A stretch of DNA of 64,000 nt from Octopus vulgaris (Eukaryota): positions 70,184,001-70,248,000 of the forward strand of contig OX597814.1 in assembly GCA_951406725.2 (NCBI GenBank). The letters are read 5' to 3'. Positions 1 through 13,386 of the stretch are shown piece after piece; position 1 is the first letter of the stretch; every line of letters starts with the position of its first letter. The notes beneath the pieces are model-generated. The model did not search any database and was not told the origin of the DNA. It saw only the letters and a program-made list of their open reading frames with translations. The position numbers and the translations under genes were made by a program.

Positions 1-1354
1 TATCCGCAATTATAATTGAGATGTCACAACCTTTGTCTAACTGTAATTTGGTATTCACAGCATTTATTTTTACATGCACGAATTTTCTTGTTTTTCTTTT
101 GCAATCACTTTCTACTGAAAACACCTTAGAACTTTTTGCATTTGAGTCTTGTAGTCTTGTTGTTTGATGAGAACTCCTGTGTCCCAGCTTCTGACAACTA
201 TAGCACTTTTTGTTTTTAAAGGGACAATCTTTTTGTAGTGTAGGCCTCCACAGCTATTACACGGATTGGGGCCTGACACTTTTTTTGATTTTGCTTCCCA
301 GGATGACACATTTGAATTTTTGCAGAGTCTTTATCTTGTATTTTTTTTCACATCCTTCTGCAATGGTCTGTAGAGATAAATCCTGGTTCACTTGCTCCAT
401 TTTTAAGGGAATCCTTGTCTGAATTTCTCTGTCTTCAAATGCTATAAGTCCTTGCACAACGATAAGTGATTTTGAATATATCCTGAGTGAAATCCTGGAA
501 TTTGAAATTTTTACACATATGGTTGACTACTCCTGCGTAGGTGATAAAATCCTCCTCCTCATCCTTTAAGTTCCAACACTCCATTCTAGTGTTGAATAAT
601 GAACTTCTATCACAAAAAATTTTTGAAAGTGGTTCTACAGACTTTTGGGGCTGAATAAAGTTACAGCAATGCTCATGTTCAGCAGGAGCTACCTTGCATA
701 GTAAAAGCCTTACTTTCTGCTCCTTCAACCATGACTTGCACTTGTTAAAAATTTCCTCATATCTTCTGTAATATGCAGGAAACGTAATACCCTCCTCCAG
801 GTTATATGTAATTCAGAAATTGGCATAAACAAGCTGACTGGATTTTTGGACTTCACCGACTGTAACTCAGTTAATTGTTGTTGTTGTGGTATTTGTTTTT
901 GCAACTTTTGTAGTTGTTCCTGTTGCTTCTCTTGAAGCTGTACTACTGTGGCTAATAGGTTTTTCCATGACACAGAAATTATCAAATAACCTATGTGAGT
1001 TTCAAATGATCCTCATCACCAGATGTTATATCCTTAAGGATAAGAAAATAAACTACAACAATGTAATAACAATATAATTGAAACAAATGGCAGTAACTGC
1101 ATGGAATATACCAAACAATCTTTTAAGAAACAACAATCCAACATGCTAACTCAAACTGTAAACTTTGAACTATCAACACATGAACTGTGAAACTAGCATG
1201 AACTACCTCATTTACTCAGTCCACTACTATTTATATGTAGTGCTACAGTCCATTCTTGCCAGGAGGCATCATACTCTCACACAACAGTCTGGAATAAAAA
1301 TGTTAGCAGGTCAGTTCATTAGATGTAAAGTAATGATATACTAAAATTACAACA
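1..1354 (-). mobile_element. Degenerate Ty3/Gypsy (Mag/K02A2.6-like) LTR retrotransposon 5' part: LTR 1024-1354, PBS 1009-1021, frameshifted gag
   Basis: The LTR is bounded TGTT...AACA with TATAAATA on the minus strand near 1230. PBS TGGTGATGAGGAT lies 2 nt inside. Minus-strand ORF fragments 725-985, 435-728, 257-457 and 112-309 join into a gag-like protein (KVRLLL...SLFNTR...FITYAGVVN) ending in Cys/His knuckles (CNSCGGLH). Confidence 0.8.
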
Positions 1355-3524
1355 ATGTAGGACAGTGATAACTACTGCCTCTCCTAAAAGAAATCTCAAA
1401 ACTTCTGGAATGCACCACATATGTATTGTTCTTATTGTGAAGTATGCCACTGTACATCAGCAATGTATTGGTGAACCAGATAGAACATCAGATTTCTATT
1501 TCTAATTAAAATTATTTCATTCACATTGTCAGTACTCTCCAGAAATACATGAGCATAATACCATTTCTTACTTTTGTGCCCATAACTCTAATATTTTGAG
1601 TCTATTTTAAGGGTTAATTGTATTAGGTTGAGTTCCTTTGATCAAGTGGAAAGTTCTTGGCAATTTTGATCTCCAAAATAGTTTCAAATTTTAGATAAAA
1701 GTACTTGTTTCCTTATAAAATATCTGTGGGAAAGCATGAAAATCACAATCAGCTATTTCTTCTCACTAGTACTTTAATATTTAACCGTTATTATGTTTAT
1801 TGCATGAAAATATTTTTGCATGAATCTTAAAACAATTTATTTTGATTTTAACCCACTCTCCTCCCTACCACTACTTGCTAAAATCATTTAATGTGGCTGA
1901 TTTTTGTCCTAAAAAGTATTACACTTAATGAAGTTTGTACAACACATTGTGAAAATATTAAGTGTATGCTTATATTTACATTGATATTTAAATAATTTAA
2001 TATATTTAAAAATAATGCTTAATGTAATATTAGGTATTAATATGAATTTTTGAAAATATTTATATCTAACTTCTACTTTACTTTTTCTTGGAGAACATCC
2101 TAAAAGAAACATTTGGATAAATATTTTAGGAAATATGACATTTTGAATGGTTGGCAAAATGGTTGAAATCTTGCCTAATTAGCCTAAATAATTGGACATA
2201 ATTGTGGTGTCATATCTTTGAAACTGAGGTGAAAATCATCTCTAAATTACACAAATTAATAGTGTCCATGGGATAGCAGTTGCCAATTTTTCAGATTCTT
2301 GAAAACGAAGCTTTTTTTTGGTGATTTTTTTTAAATCATGTAAAACCTATCTTGTTGCATGTAACAAACAGATGATTTCATGATGTGAGCATAAGGATTT
2401 AATGTGTTTTGAGATCTAGCTAATTCCAAAAGTACAAGTCACAAGGACTTGGTTTTGGTACATTTGTAGTAGGTAAAGTACTAAAAGAAAGTTCTGAGAT
2501 TTTGAGAAGATGATACTATTTTAAATAAAATTTTAATGGACTTTATTAAAAATGGCTATAAACAATTAAATGACAGAGTTTCAGATGAAGATTCCCACAT
2601 AAGTTGGATCTTCTTTGTTTTAACAAAAAAAATATTTTCAGATGAAAGGTTGTATAATTTAAGTGGGATTTAGCTGTTGTTTCTAGCACATCCCATGATC
2701 ACCTGGTATCTTCCTCGTTTCTTCAACACCAATCCATCAGCACCAAGCAACTCCTTTTTTAAATTTATTTCTTCAAACCCCCTTCTTCCTTTGTTTTTGT
2801 TTATAATTTTAAAATATTGGAGAGCCTGAGAAGGTCATTGCTGAGATTTATCCACAGTGATTTAAAATAGGTATACAAGGCATTATTTATTTTAATAGCA
2901 TACTTTTCTGATAGTAAATATGATTATTTTTCTTACACACACAGAGCCTCAAAATAATTTTTCTTTCTTGTTTTCTTAAATCTCAGCAATGGACTGCCCT
3001 TGAGCTAAACAAAACTCAGGTGTCATGTCAGAATGACAAAGAAATGAGGAAGGTAACAGGTGGCCATGGGAAGTGCTTGAAAAAATAGCTAAATCTACCT
3101 TAAATCACACACCTTTCTGTCTGAAAATATTTTCTAAAAATTGTTTTTTGCCAAAAGTTTTCTCCCATCATTTTAAAGTGTGTAGTGTAAAAAAACCTGG
3201 CCAAAATTGGTCCAGGGGGGCTGTGGTGAAAAAGAAAATCATATATTTAAAAAAAACTTTTTGTAAAAGGCTCCCTCCCACTGCCTTACATCCAAGGCAT
3301 TGGTGAAAAAAATTGGAAAAATCCCCATCAAAATGAAGAAAATCCAGCTTCTGTGTGTGTCTTGATCCAAAACTGTCAAATTATAGTAATTAAAGGCCAT
3401 CACTAGCTTCTTTCAGATATAACTATATTGCAATCTGTTATCTGTAGGGGGCTCAGCTTTGATACACTGGTATGGGGTATAAAACTCAATCCTCTCTCTA
3501 AGTTGGGAGCTTCACAATACATTT

Positions 3525-5965
3525 AATTGGTATTCCATAGAAGGGGAGCACAGTTTGACCACTCAAAAACCCACCTTTTGCTTGATAATTTTCATGTCAA
3601 AATGCATTTTTTCCATAGACAATTATATATCATTTGGAAGTTCTGCATGTGAACTTTCTTCTCATATACTTTTGATCAAAATCTGAGACTTGAATATCAT
3701 GCCATGTCCCCTCAATCACCCTTGTATTTCCACCCATTTACAACATTTGTCCTATATTTATTTTTGACTGATGAACAGTAGCGCTAGTTTTAGTTCAATG
3801 CTCTGGAGCATTATAACTCAATTTGTATTTAAAATGATAGTCATGAAAAGGACTTTCTTGCTTTATTTTCATATAATCATTCAGATAATCATTATGAAAT
3901 GTAAAAGTAAAAATTTATTTGGACCTTGCTCTCCACACATTGTTAAAACAGTGAAAGGGAATAAATAACATTCTCAGCACAATGATTCCATGCTAACTTT
4001 GGACTCTAGAAGTCTTATGACTCAATTTAGTGCATTTTTTCATAGAAATATATGTTTGCTTACCAATTAGTTTGTCCATTTCTTCAAATTCTGACTCAAA
4101 CTCAGATATTTAAAGCCTTGGATTCATGCTTCATTTCAGCTCTTGTCCCAAAGGAATATGCTATTTTGACAAGTACCATCAGTGGTATTCCCTTTTTTAT
4201 TGACTTTGCACTTTTGCAACATATTGTGGTCAGATTTGACATTTACTAAATTGAATTTATGGCAATTTTTCTTTCTTATTGTATCCAAATCTTGAAGAAA
4301 ATATGTTCTTTTCTAAGTGAAGATTAATGATAAAATTTTCACGTTATAATTCATAACAATTATCTGATGTACAACCCATCAATTTTTATATTAAAATAAA
4401 ACAAAACACGTCCTTTTCATGACTCCCATTTTCAACACAAATCAAGTTATAGCACTCCAGTGCCTTGAACTAGAACTAGTGCTACTGTTCAGCAATCAAG
4501 AACAAAAATGAGACAAACATTGTGAACAGATGGAAATACGAGGGCGATTGACGAGACCTGGCATGATATTTAAGTCTGAGATTTTTATCAAAAGTATTAG
4601 GTTGCCTGGAACTTTTCTGAGCATTTTTAAGCTAAATCGTTTAACACTTCATTGAACACACCTGAAACGTAACACAGTTAAAACTTTGGTGTTGCTTGAA
4701 ATGGTAATACATCTCTTTGTTTCTGACTAAAAATAGATTTATCTTTTATTTCAGTTACCCTTTATTGACATTTGAAAAAAGATAACCAAAAATTTCATAT
4801 TCACATTGTAACATTTTTCTTTTTTAAAAAGGAGAAAATGCTGCACAGACTTGCAAAAACATTTGTGAGGTTTATGGGGATGATACTTGTAGGTGGATCA
4901 ATTGTTCAAAGGTAGTTTGCAAAATTTAAAACTGGAGAGTTTAGCTTGGAAGATGGCAGTCACTGTGGAAGACCTTCAAAATTGTTTTGAAGGCAAAAAT
5001 TGAAGAAAACCCAAATATCACTAGAGAACTTGCAGAGGAGTTGGAAGCTTCTAAAAGTACGGCTCATGAACACATAGAGAAGCTAGGATACATTCCTCAT
5101 TATAATGTATGGGTCCTTCACAAACTCTCAGAAAAAAATTGCTTTGGCTGGTATTCCATTTGTAATATGCTTTTGAAACGGGATGAAAGCATGTTTTTTT
5201 TTAAACAACTTGTGACTGAAGATGAAAAATGGATTGTGTATGAAAATGTAATGTGAAAAAGATCCTGAAGTTTGCATAAGGATACCCCAAAACAGCAACC
5301 AAAGATGAATATATATGCCGAAAAAGCTTTGCTTTGTATTTGGTGGGATCATAAAGCTTATTATGAACTTCTCCCACAAAATTAGACTATTAATTCTGAA
5401 TTAAAAAATATTTTTGTTGTTTTTGTAAAATCTCAGAAGCCAGAGATTGCCAACAGGAAAGGGGTAGTGTTCCAACAAGATAATACCTGACCACATGTGT
5501 CTTTGGCTTCCTGAACAAAGTTACATGAACTTGACTGGGATTTCTTACCCCATCCTCCATATTCTCCTGACAACCACTTGTTTTTGTCTCTACAGAACTC
5601 CTTGCAAGAAAAAACATGCATCTAGATAACTTTTTTCTTCAAAACCAATCAAATGTTATGCTGATGGAATATTTAAATTGCCTTATAGATGGGCAAATGT
5701 CATTAATAATAATGGAAATTATCTCATTGAATAAAATTTTAATGAAAGGCCAATTATTTATATCCCTTTTCGCATATTAAAAAATACTCAGAACTTTCCA
5801 GACAACCTAATATATGAGAAGAAAGTTCACATGCAGAACTTTCAAATGATATATAATTGTCTGTAGTAAAAATGAATTTTGACATGAAATGATCAAGCAA
5901 GAAGTGGGTTTTTGTGTGGTCAAACTGTGTGCCCCTTCTACAGAGCTTTACAGGGATACCTAGTA
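3525..5965. mobile_element. Non-autonomous foldback/MITE-like element with long diverged inverted arms, interrupted by a mariner
   Basis: About 3525-3920 is the reverse complement of about 4330-4596 plus 5813-5965. Outer ends are approximate. Confidence 0.7.
4597..5810 (+). mobile_element. mariner (D,D34D, mellifera-like) transposon with pseudogenised transposase
   Basis: About 30-bp TIRs TTAGGTTG(C/T)CTGGAA, TA duplication at 4595-96 and 5811-12. Motifs WVLHKL, VTEDEKWIVY, NRKGVVFQQDN and HPPYSPD are present with stops and frameshifts. Confidence 0.93.
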
Positions 5966-6910
5966 ATATACTTGATTTTCTCAAAGTAGTCCATAAAGTA
6001 TGAAAATGGCTTCACAACTTATGCATGTTTCACTTCTTCCTTTTATTATTTTAAATTTTATAACTTTCATATGCCTTTTTTTTAATCTCTGAGAAAAGAA
6101 AAAAAAGAAAAAATTTAACTGAACCTGCCTTGTTTTGTTCCCTTTTCCATTGCATGTAGTATAAACCAATTGAAATGCTTCAGGATTTAAGTGACTTTGA
6201 TGTAAGTATCTTCACCCACTCATTCTCTAACTCTCTCTCCATCCTTTCTTTTCCATCTTTATTTTATTTGTTCCAAAAACATAGCTCTGGTTTTTTACCA
6301 ACATTGTCTCCTTTTTATGTCATTGATTCTATTCTTGTGCGTGTGATATTGACTTTTTTTATATTTCTTCAGAGTTTGATTCTTAAATTATATTTTAAAC
6401 TCCTTTACAAATTATTTGAACTCAAAGTTAAAATGATGGAATACAAGATTTTATACAAGATGTGTGGAAGTTGAGCAGCTTTTGTACTTGTAAAAATTGT
6501 AACTACTAGCTGTAAAAGTATTTGCAAGTTACAGTGAGTGGTTAATTGGGTGAAAGCATATCTAATGGTGTCTTTAGCCAAGTCTACTCCAGTGCAAGTA
6601 TTTGGACTGGAATATTCTTTCTCACTCAGATTCAGACCTGAAAGTTCTTTTTATACCCACATTCAAGCCAGAAAGTTTCCTTTCCACCTTCATTTTTCCT
6701 TCATATCCAGGTTGGGCACCAGTCTGAGTTGGTCTAAAAAATTTATGGATACTACCTCTTTTCCTCTAGTTAACTTATTTAAAAAGAGAGAGAGAAAAAA
6801 GAGAAATTAAAAAGTTGAAGTAATAGATATTAGAGATTATTTAAAAGAGGTTAATAATGGTATTGTGGTATGAAATTCTAAAATGAAATTAACTTAAAAA
6901 AATGTATTAA

Positions 6911-8509
6911 CCTTTTCATTACCAAACCGCCCAAAGCCGCCCGAAAAATATTTTGGTTAATGTGACCAAAACACCCAAACCCGCCCATATTTACCTATCT
7001 CTTTAGTGCATTCGTGAAAACACATATTATACTTCGTAAACAGTTCAACTACTGTTTTGTACAACGATCGAAGTGTAATTTTAATTCCATGAATTTTGGG
7101 AGATTTTTTTCTGAAATTTGTTCCTATTGTGTTTTCAAAATTTGTAATTCTGACAAAAAATGGATACGAATTTCATTATATCAAGCAGCGAGTCAGAATT
7201 CGAAGGATTTTCTACTGAAGACCTTCATAAATCTAACTCTATGACTGAAAAAAAAAGCACGTGGTATTTGATAATGAATCTGATGTTTCATTTTCCGAAA
7301 GTGAAAACAGTGAATCCGAGAGCTCCGACAGCAATAAAGAAAATGAATTGGCACCTGAATGGAGTGAAAATTGAAAAACTGTTTCTTTCGGTGATTTTTG
7401 TGAAGAAACTGGACCAAGCCACAGACTTTCCCAGAAGAGTAAAGCCTTAGACTATTTCTTTTTACTTTTTCCAATGAGCCTATTTGAAATCATTACGACG
7501 GAAACGAACCATTACGCTAAATGTAAACAAAGCAAAAGAAAGGATAGTTAGTGGTTTCCCATAACCTTAAATGAAATTAAGACTATTTTGCCATAAATAT
7601 TATTATGGGTATCAGAAAGTTACCCAGAATAACAAATTCTATCGTAAAATTTTGTTGTATACCCAATTGAATATTAGCTAATAACCCATTTTTTATAGCG
7701 ATGTTTGAACAAAATTTTAATAATTTTATATTTTGTTGAATTTACCTGTATCTACCTGCAATTAGAGTCACTTTGTGACAAAAATTATAGTATAGAATTG
7801 GTTGAGAACATTTCATTAAATTATCTTCCAAAATTCACGTTAATATATTGATAAATAAAAAAGTTATAGTTGTTTAACCTTTTCGATACAAAACCGCCTG
7901 AATGGAGTGCAAATTTAAAAACTGTTTCTTTCGGTGATTTTTGTGAAGAAACTGGACCAAGCCACAGACTTTCCCAGAAGAGTAAAGCCTTAGACTATTT
8001 CTTTTTACTTTTTCGAATGAGCCTATTTGAAATCATTACGGTGGAAACAAACCGTTACGCTAAATGTAAACAAAACGAAAGAAAGGATAGTTAGTGGTTT
8101 CCCACAACCTTAAATGAAATTAAGGCTTATTTTGCCATAAATATTATTATGGGTATCAGAAAGTTACCCAGAATTACAAATTCTATAGTAAAATTTTGTT
8201 GTATACCCAATTGAATATTAGCTAATAACCCATTTTCTATAGCGATGTTTGAACAAAATTTTAATAAATTTATATTTTGTTTAATATACCTGTATCTACC
8301 TGCAATTAGAGTCACTTTGTGACAAAAATTATAGTATAGAATTGGTTGAGAACATTTCATTAAATTATCTTCCAAAATTCACGTTAATATATTGATAAAT
8401 AAAAAAGTTATAGTTGTTTAATGAAACCAGACTAAATTTATGATTATGTTAGAAATTAATTGAAACACATAAGGGGTGTATTTTGGTCAGAAATATAGTA
8501 ACGAAAGGG
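6911..8509 (+). mobile_element. piggyBac-derived non-autonomous element, tandem composite of two copies (second starts at 7878)
   Basis: TTAA at 6907-10, 7874-77 and 8510-13. Termini CCTTTTC/CCCTTTCGTTAC. Encodes only the N-terminal piggyBac transposase part (ALDYFFLLF...ETNRYAK...EIKAYFAINIIMGI). Confidence 0.88.
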
Positions 8510-9658
8510 TTAAAGAATCAAAGAAGGATGCCACTGTTGTCACTAAGTTGTTCTGCATATTAATTCAGACCATGAAAACTATGAGGAAAATAATGTTTAA
8601 AATGTAAGTAATACTAATGATATTATTAACCTAATTTTCTAGGAAGAATAGACAAACAAGAGTATTTTAATTTATTTTTAAAATAATGGACATTTTAGAG
8701 ATGTAAATGACTGCAATATCTATTGCTGCAATGACTTCTTTCTTGTAAAAGTAAACTTGATTTCCTAAATAAATATTGTAGATATATTTACCAATAGATT
8801 GTGAAATTTGGATAAGAGATTTTATATTCTACTTTATTTTCCTGTTGATTAATTACTATAGTATTGCAAACCTTGGTAGTCTGTGAAGTTATTTGGAATA
8901 TTGTTTAAAAGTTTAGCACATCAAATTGATAAGATTGGCTATGAAGGGTTGGTTATGAGTGTTTAACAATAACACAGATGAGATGTTGGGTGAATGATAA
9001 GAGTAGTCATTCCTGTTCAATTTATCGTTTGTTTCATTGTTAAATGTTTGCATGGAGCACAGCAGTCCCAAGAAAAAGAAATGTCATGTTCTGTTCATAA
9101 TAAGTACAGTGTGTGTTAAGAGAAAAGCAAGAATATACCTGTAAAAGTGGTGGGTATGCTTGTATTAGTACAGGCAGTTTTGGGGGTTCTTTTTATACAA
9201 CACATTTTAACAAGAATTTGCTCACATTTCTAAGTTCCTGACATTCAGAGTAAAGTTTTCTCTTTTCTCTTCAGATGTGTCTCTTTTAATATGCTTTAGA
9301 ACAAATCTGCCTAGACTGATCTATAGTGATGTTATCATTTGAAAAGCCAATTGCACTGATGTCCTTATTCAACTTGAAAGATTCAGTCTTTGTTTATGAA
9401 AAGTTTATGATTGTAAAGAAAACTGTCCAAGTTCAAATTGAAGCAGAGACTTACTCCAAGTTGAGGGCTCTCATATGTTAATAGTCTAATGATTAAAAGA
9501 CATAAAAGTAGGGCTTAAAAATTTCATGTGGCCTAAAATGTTAAGATGTGTAAATGTTGATATTACATAGAGTAGCTAAAATCTCTACATTTATTGGTAC
9601 CACAATTGAGTCAAGAATTTCTGTTGAAATACACTGCGTTCATTTAAATTAATTCTGT

Positions 9659-10798
9659 GGTTAACTGGGATGGTAGTTTTTGTGTGCAGCAGATGCACAG
9701 GGGCAATAAACACCGAAGTTGTTCAGAAAACAAATTCCATCACATGCCAGGAGGAGAAACTAGAAGTAGTTGATAGCTTCCACTATCTAGGTGACCAAGT
9801 CTGTTGTGGGGGTAGATTTTCTGAGAGAATTGCCACTAGAATAAAAATAGCCTGGGAAAAGTTCAGAAAGCTCCTACCTCTGCTGGTAACAAAAGGCCCT
9901 CTCGCTTAGAGTGAAAGGTAGACTGTATGATGCATGTGTGCAAACAGCCATGCTACATGACAGTGAAACATGAACCATGACTGTTGAGGACATATGTAGG
10001 CTTGAAAGAAATGAAGCTGGTATGATCTGATGGATGTGTAATGTCAGTGTCCACACACAACAGAGTGTAAGCATCCTGAGAGAAATATTAGACATAAGAA
10101 GCATCATATGTGGTGTACAAAATAGACAACTGCACTGGTATGGCCATGTGCTGCATGTGGTTGAGGAGAGCTGTGCGAAGAAATGTCACACCCTAACAGT
10201 GAAAGGAACCCGTGGATGAGGTAGACCCAGGAACACGTGGGATGGGGTGGAAGCACACCCTTCGAATGTTGGGCCTCGTAGAGACAATGACAAGAGACTG
10301 AGACCTTTGGAGATATGTTGTAATTGAAAAGACCCAGCAAATAAAGTGAGATCCTAGCCATAGCCTATACCAGTGTTGCATAACCATCCCATTTAAAAGT
10401 ACCCTTGAATTATCTGGTGACATGCTGTGCTTGAGAAGACCTATTGAGTCAAGTAAAATCAAAAATCAAAATCAAAGCAAATCAAGATCGAAATCAAAAC
10501 AGAAATTGTTGTTGTGGCCAATACCAGTGTCACCTGACTGGCTCCTCATGCCTGTGACACATAAAAAGCACCATCCAAACATGGTTAATGCCAGTGCTGC
10601 CTGACTGGCTTCCATACCGGTGGCACATAAAAAGCACCTACTACACTCTTAGAGTGGTTGGCATTAGAAAGGGCATCCAGCTGTAGAAACCTTGCCACAT
10701 CAGATTGGAGCTAGGCTCAGCCTACTTGTTTGCCAGTCCCCAGTCAAACTGTCCAACCCATGCCAGCAAGGAAAACGGACATTAAACGATGATGATGA
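9659..10798 (+). mobile_element. 5'-truncated RTE LINE (end of RT, 3' UTR, (GAT)n tail)
   Basis: LEVVDSFHYLGD and LHWYGHV motifs. Family 3' end ...AAGGGCATCCAGC...TTAAACGATGATGATG. Confidence 0.92.
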
Positions 10799-11261
10799 AT
10801 TAAGTAAAATAATGTTATCATTATTAATCTGGTGTTTAAAACATAAATTAATATAAAAGTTTGATGAGAAATTTTAAATTAGTTCATTTTAAAATAGAAG
10901 ACTTGTATCATAAAACTAAGAGTGGTCACATGTGAGTTGGTTTTAAAAGGGTTAAAGTAAATGTAACAGAGAAGCATTTCTCAGAACCACGTTCATGGTA
11001 CTAGATAGGCAGTATGCTAGTATATCATTGTTAATCTTGATATCTAAAACAGAAAGAGATCAATACCACAGCTCATAAATACTTCTATTTTATATATAAA
11101 TATATATATTTAAGGAAAGATTCTAAGTATGTGAAACTTAATTAGCAGTTTCTTGAGAAAGAAATGTTGATGTAGGATTTTTTGTTTTTTAATGTTATCG
11201 GGAAATGTGTTGTATTTTATGTTTTGATATTTGTTTTATAAATTATCACTTTTTCTTTTAG

Positions 11262-11331
11262 TATTCACCCAAACTAAATTACAAAAAGAAATCATTATAT
11301 GGAAGGAAACTTCGGCCACAATCAGTCATTG
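11262..11331 (+). CDS. CARMIL: Internal coding exon of host gene, probable CARMIL/LRRC16 (capping protein regulator) C-terminal tail
   Basis: Polypyrimidine TTTTCTTTTAG acceptor and GTGAGT donor. Reads YSPKLNYKKKSLYGRKLRPQSVI, resembling from memory the CARMIL motif KRKS-x3-R-x-LRP-x-S upstream of the CPI motif. The phase-1 end joins the next exon in frame. Confidence 0.68.
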
Positions 11332-13098
11332 GTGAGTTGTACATTGTTGTTGGTATTATTATAAGTAATGTGTGTGTATACAAGTAAGTAAACTAACAAA
11401 AGAAAGGGCACTCAACACATTTATTGAAAGATACATTTATGGATCAAAACAATTTGATTCAGATTCTGTGCTACTTAAAGTTTCCAAGCCCCTTACGGGA
11501 CTTTATGTTAGGCTGCTGGAAATCCAAATATTTATTCAAAGTTTTACCAGCCTGATGGAAAATCCCGGTAGCACACAATCCAAATCAAACTCTTTTGGTT
11601 CATATATATATATACAGCAAACTAAATATTTTATCATATTCAGTTTCATCCCTTTGCATTCTGACTTTAAACCCTACAAAGTTGACTTAGTCTTTTGATT
11701 CAGTAGAAATCAATAAAATAAGTTTTTAGCATTGATTCAGTTAACTAGAATATTTCTGAACAAATTTGTGATTGCAGCAAAAACTTAATTCTTGTTGATT
11801 TTATTGAGGCTAAATTTGATCCATATCAAGTTGAAGGTAATATGCTGTCAATTGAATATACCTTGTCAAGAAAGTTGATGGTAATGAAATTTGGTTTCTA
11901 TTCATAGTGTTTTGATATTGCACTGTATCTTTATTATATAAGATGCTGAAGCCCAATTTAAATTTATGGCTATCATATTTGTGTTTAGAATGTAATGTAC
12001 TTTTATATCATAAAACTACGATCCTTTGCACATATATGTGTTTTATTTTTCTGGAATAATCTTATGTATTTTTTCTCAGTTTATTTCATTTATTGCTACT
12101 ACAGATACTTTTTCCCCATCAGCTCACACTGTTTCACTCTGCATAAATCAAACGCTCCTTATCATCAGTGATAACAACATGTACTTATGATGTTTAGTTA
12201 CTTTTTCAAATAACTAAGTCTCTATATTGTTATTTCTTTTTTTACAATGTGCGGGGAGAGGGGCTAGAGATGGTCTATCTAGGACTACATTATTCAATGC
12301 ATCCTTTCAGTTTTTAAACTAATACGGACATTTGGTTACTATTTTTTGAAGGTTAAGCTACCATGTAAAAGTTCTTATAAAATTTGTAGCTAGAAAATTT
12401 AGTTTGCCATCTTTCTAAACTTCTTGCATCAGCTACAATATGCAGGAGAAACTACTGTTGTGAATTGATGATAAATACTGAAAATTTCAGGTGTTGATAA
12501 TTGAAAAGTTTTCATGGTATATAAAAACAAAGCAAGTAGCAAGATCTAATTTCAAGATATTAGGCCTTACAGATGCATTGACTCAAGACAAATTGTGGTA
12601 AGCATGAAAAACTTTTGCTATGCTCAGCATTAATGATGACATTTAGGTAACACTGCTTATATACAACTTGTATATCTAGTTGTATATGACCTTCAATTCT
12701 TGGCTACTTGCATCAGTATTTGTTCCAGTTAGACTGAGTATGAAATTATCAAATTGTATAGATAATTTTTGTTTCCATTCACCTGCATTTAAAGATTTAA
12801 ACCTTTCTTATCCCAAAAATGACAATTTCTGATTTTTGAGACCAATTTTTGTCATCTTTGATTTTTATATCAAGAGAAGCCGTGTAACTAATGATGTAAT
12901 CCTATTTTGATATGTATTGTCAAAAATAGTTTCGTGGAAAATGTTATTTTTATTTTATTGTATTTGTACATGATTTTGAAAATCTATATATTTCTTGTTG
13001 TAAATTTTAAATGTATGTATTAAAAATAATTATTCAACTAATATATCCATTAAATTTTATTCACCCATAATATATTCATTGCCAATTCAATCAATCAG

Positions 13099-13386
13099 AT
13101 CATGAAGCTGTGCAGCAAGCATTGAAGATGCATGCTGAAAAATCAGCAGTGCACACCTATGATGAACAGGAGGAGGTGATTGAGGAAAGTACTGATGCTA
13201 CAGAAGAGAGTGGAGTAGGGAGCAATGTTACAGGAATACATCATGTGATGGCTGGCAGTTCACAGTTGATGAATCACAGCATGATATCCTCTGGGTCTGA
13301 AATTTCTCTCAGTAGTCTCCTCTCAATGGTAGGCAGTTCCCAAAAACATCCTGATCTTGGCCCTAACAGGATGACTAAGTCAGCAA
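13099..13386 (+). CDS. CARMIL: Internal coding exon (288 nt, phase 1-1) of the same gene, acidic and Ser-rich
   Basis: CAG acceptor at 13096-98 and GTAAGA donor at 13387. G|AT completes Asp and continues DHEAVQQALKMHAEK...NRMTKSA in the frame of ORF 13110. Non-repetitive and higher GC than the flanks. Confidence 0.62.

Noticed and set aside
2575-2655. Possible upstream host exons after TTTCAG acceptors
   Set aside because: Weak donors, very short or closed frames, and no recognisable peptide.
4537-4560. TA-CGAGGG as the terminus of a separate Tc1/mariner element
   Set aside because: Homology with the inverted arm continues well past this point, so it is internal to the foldback element.
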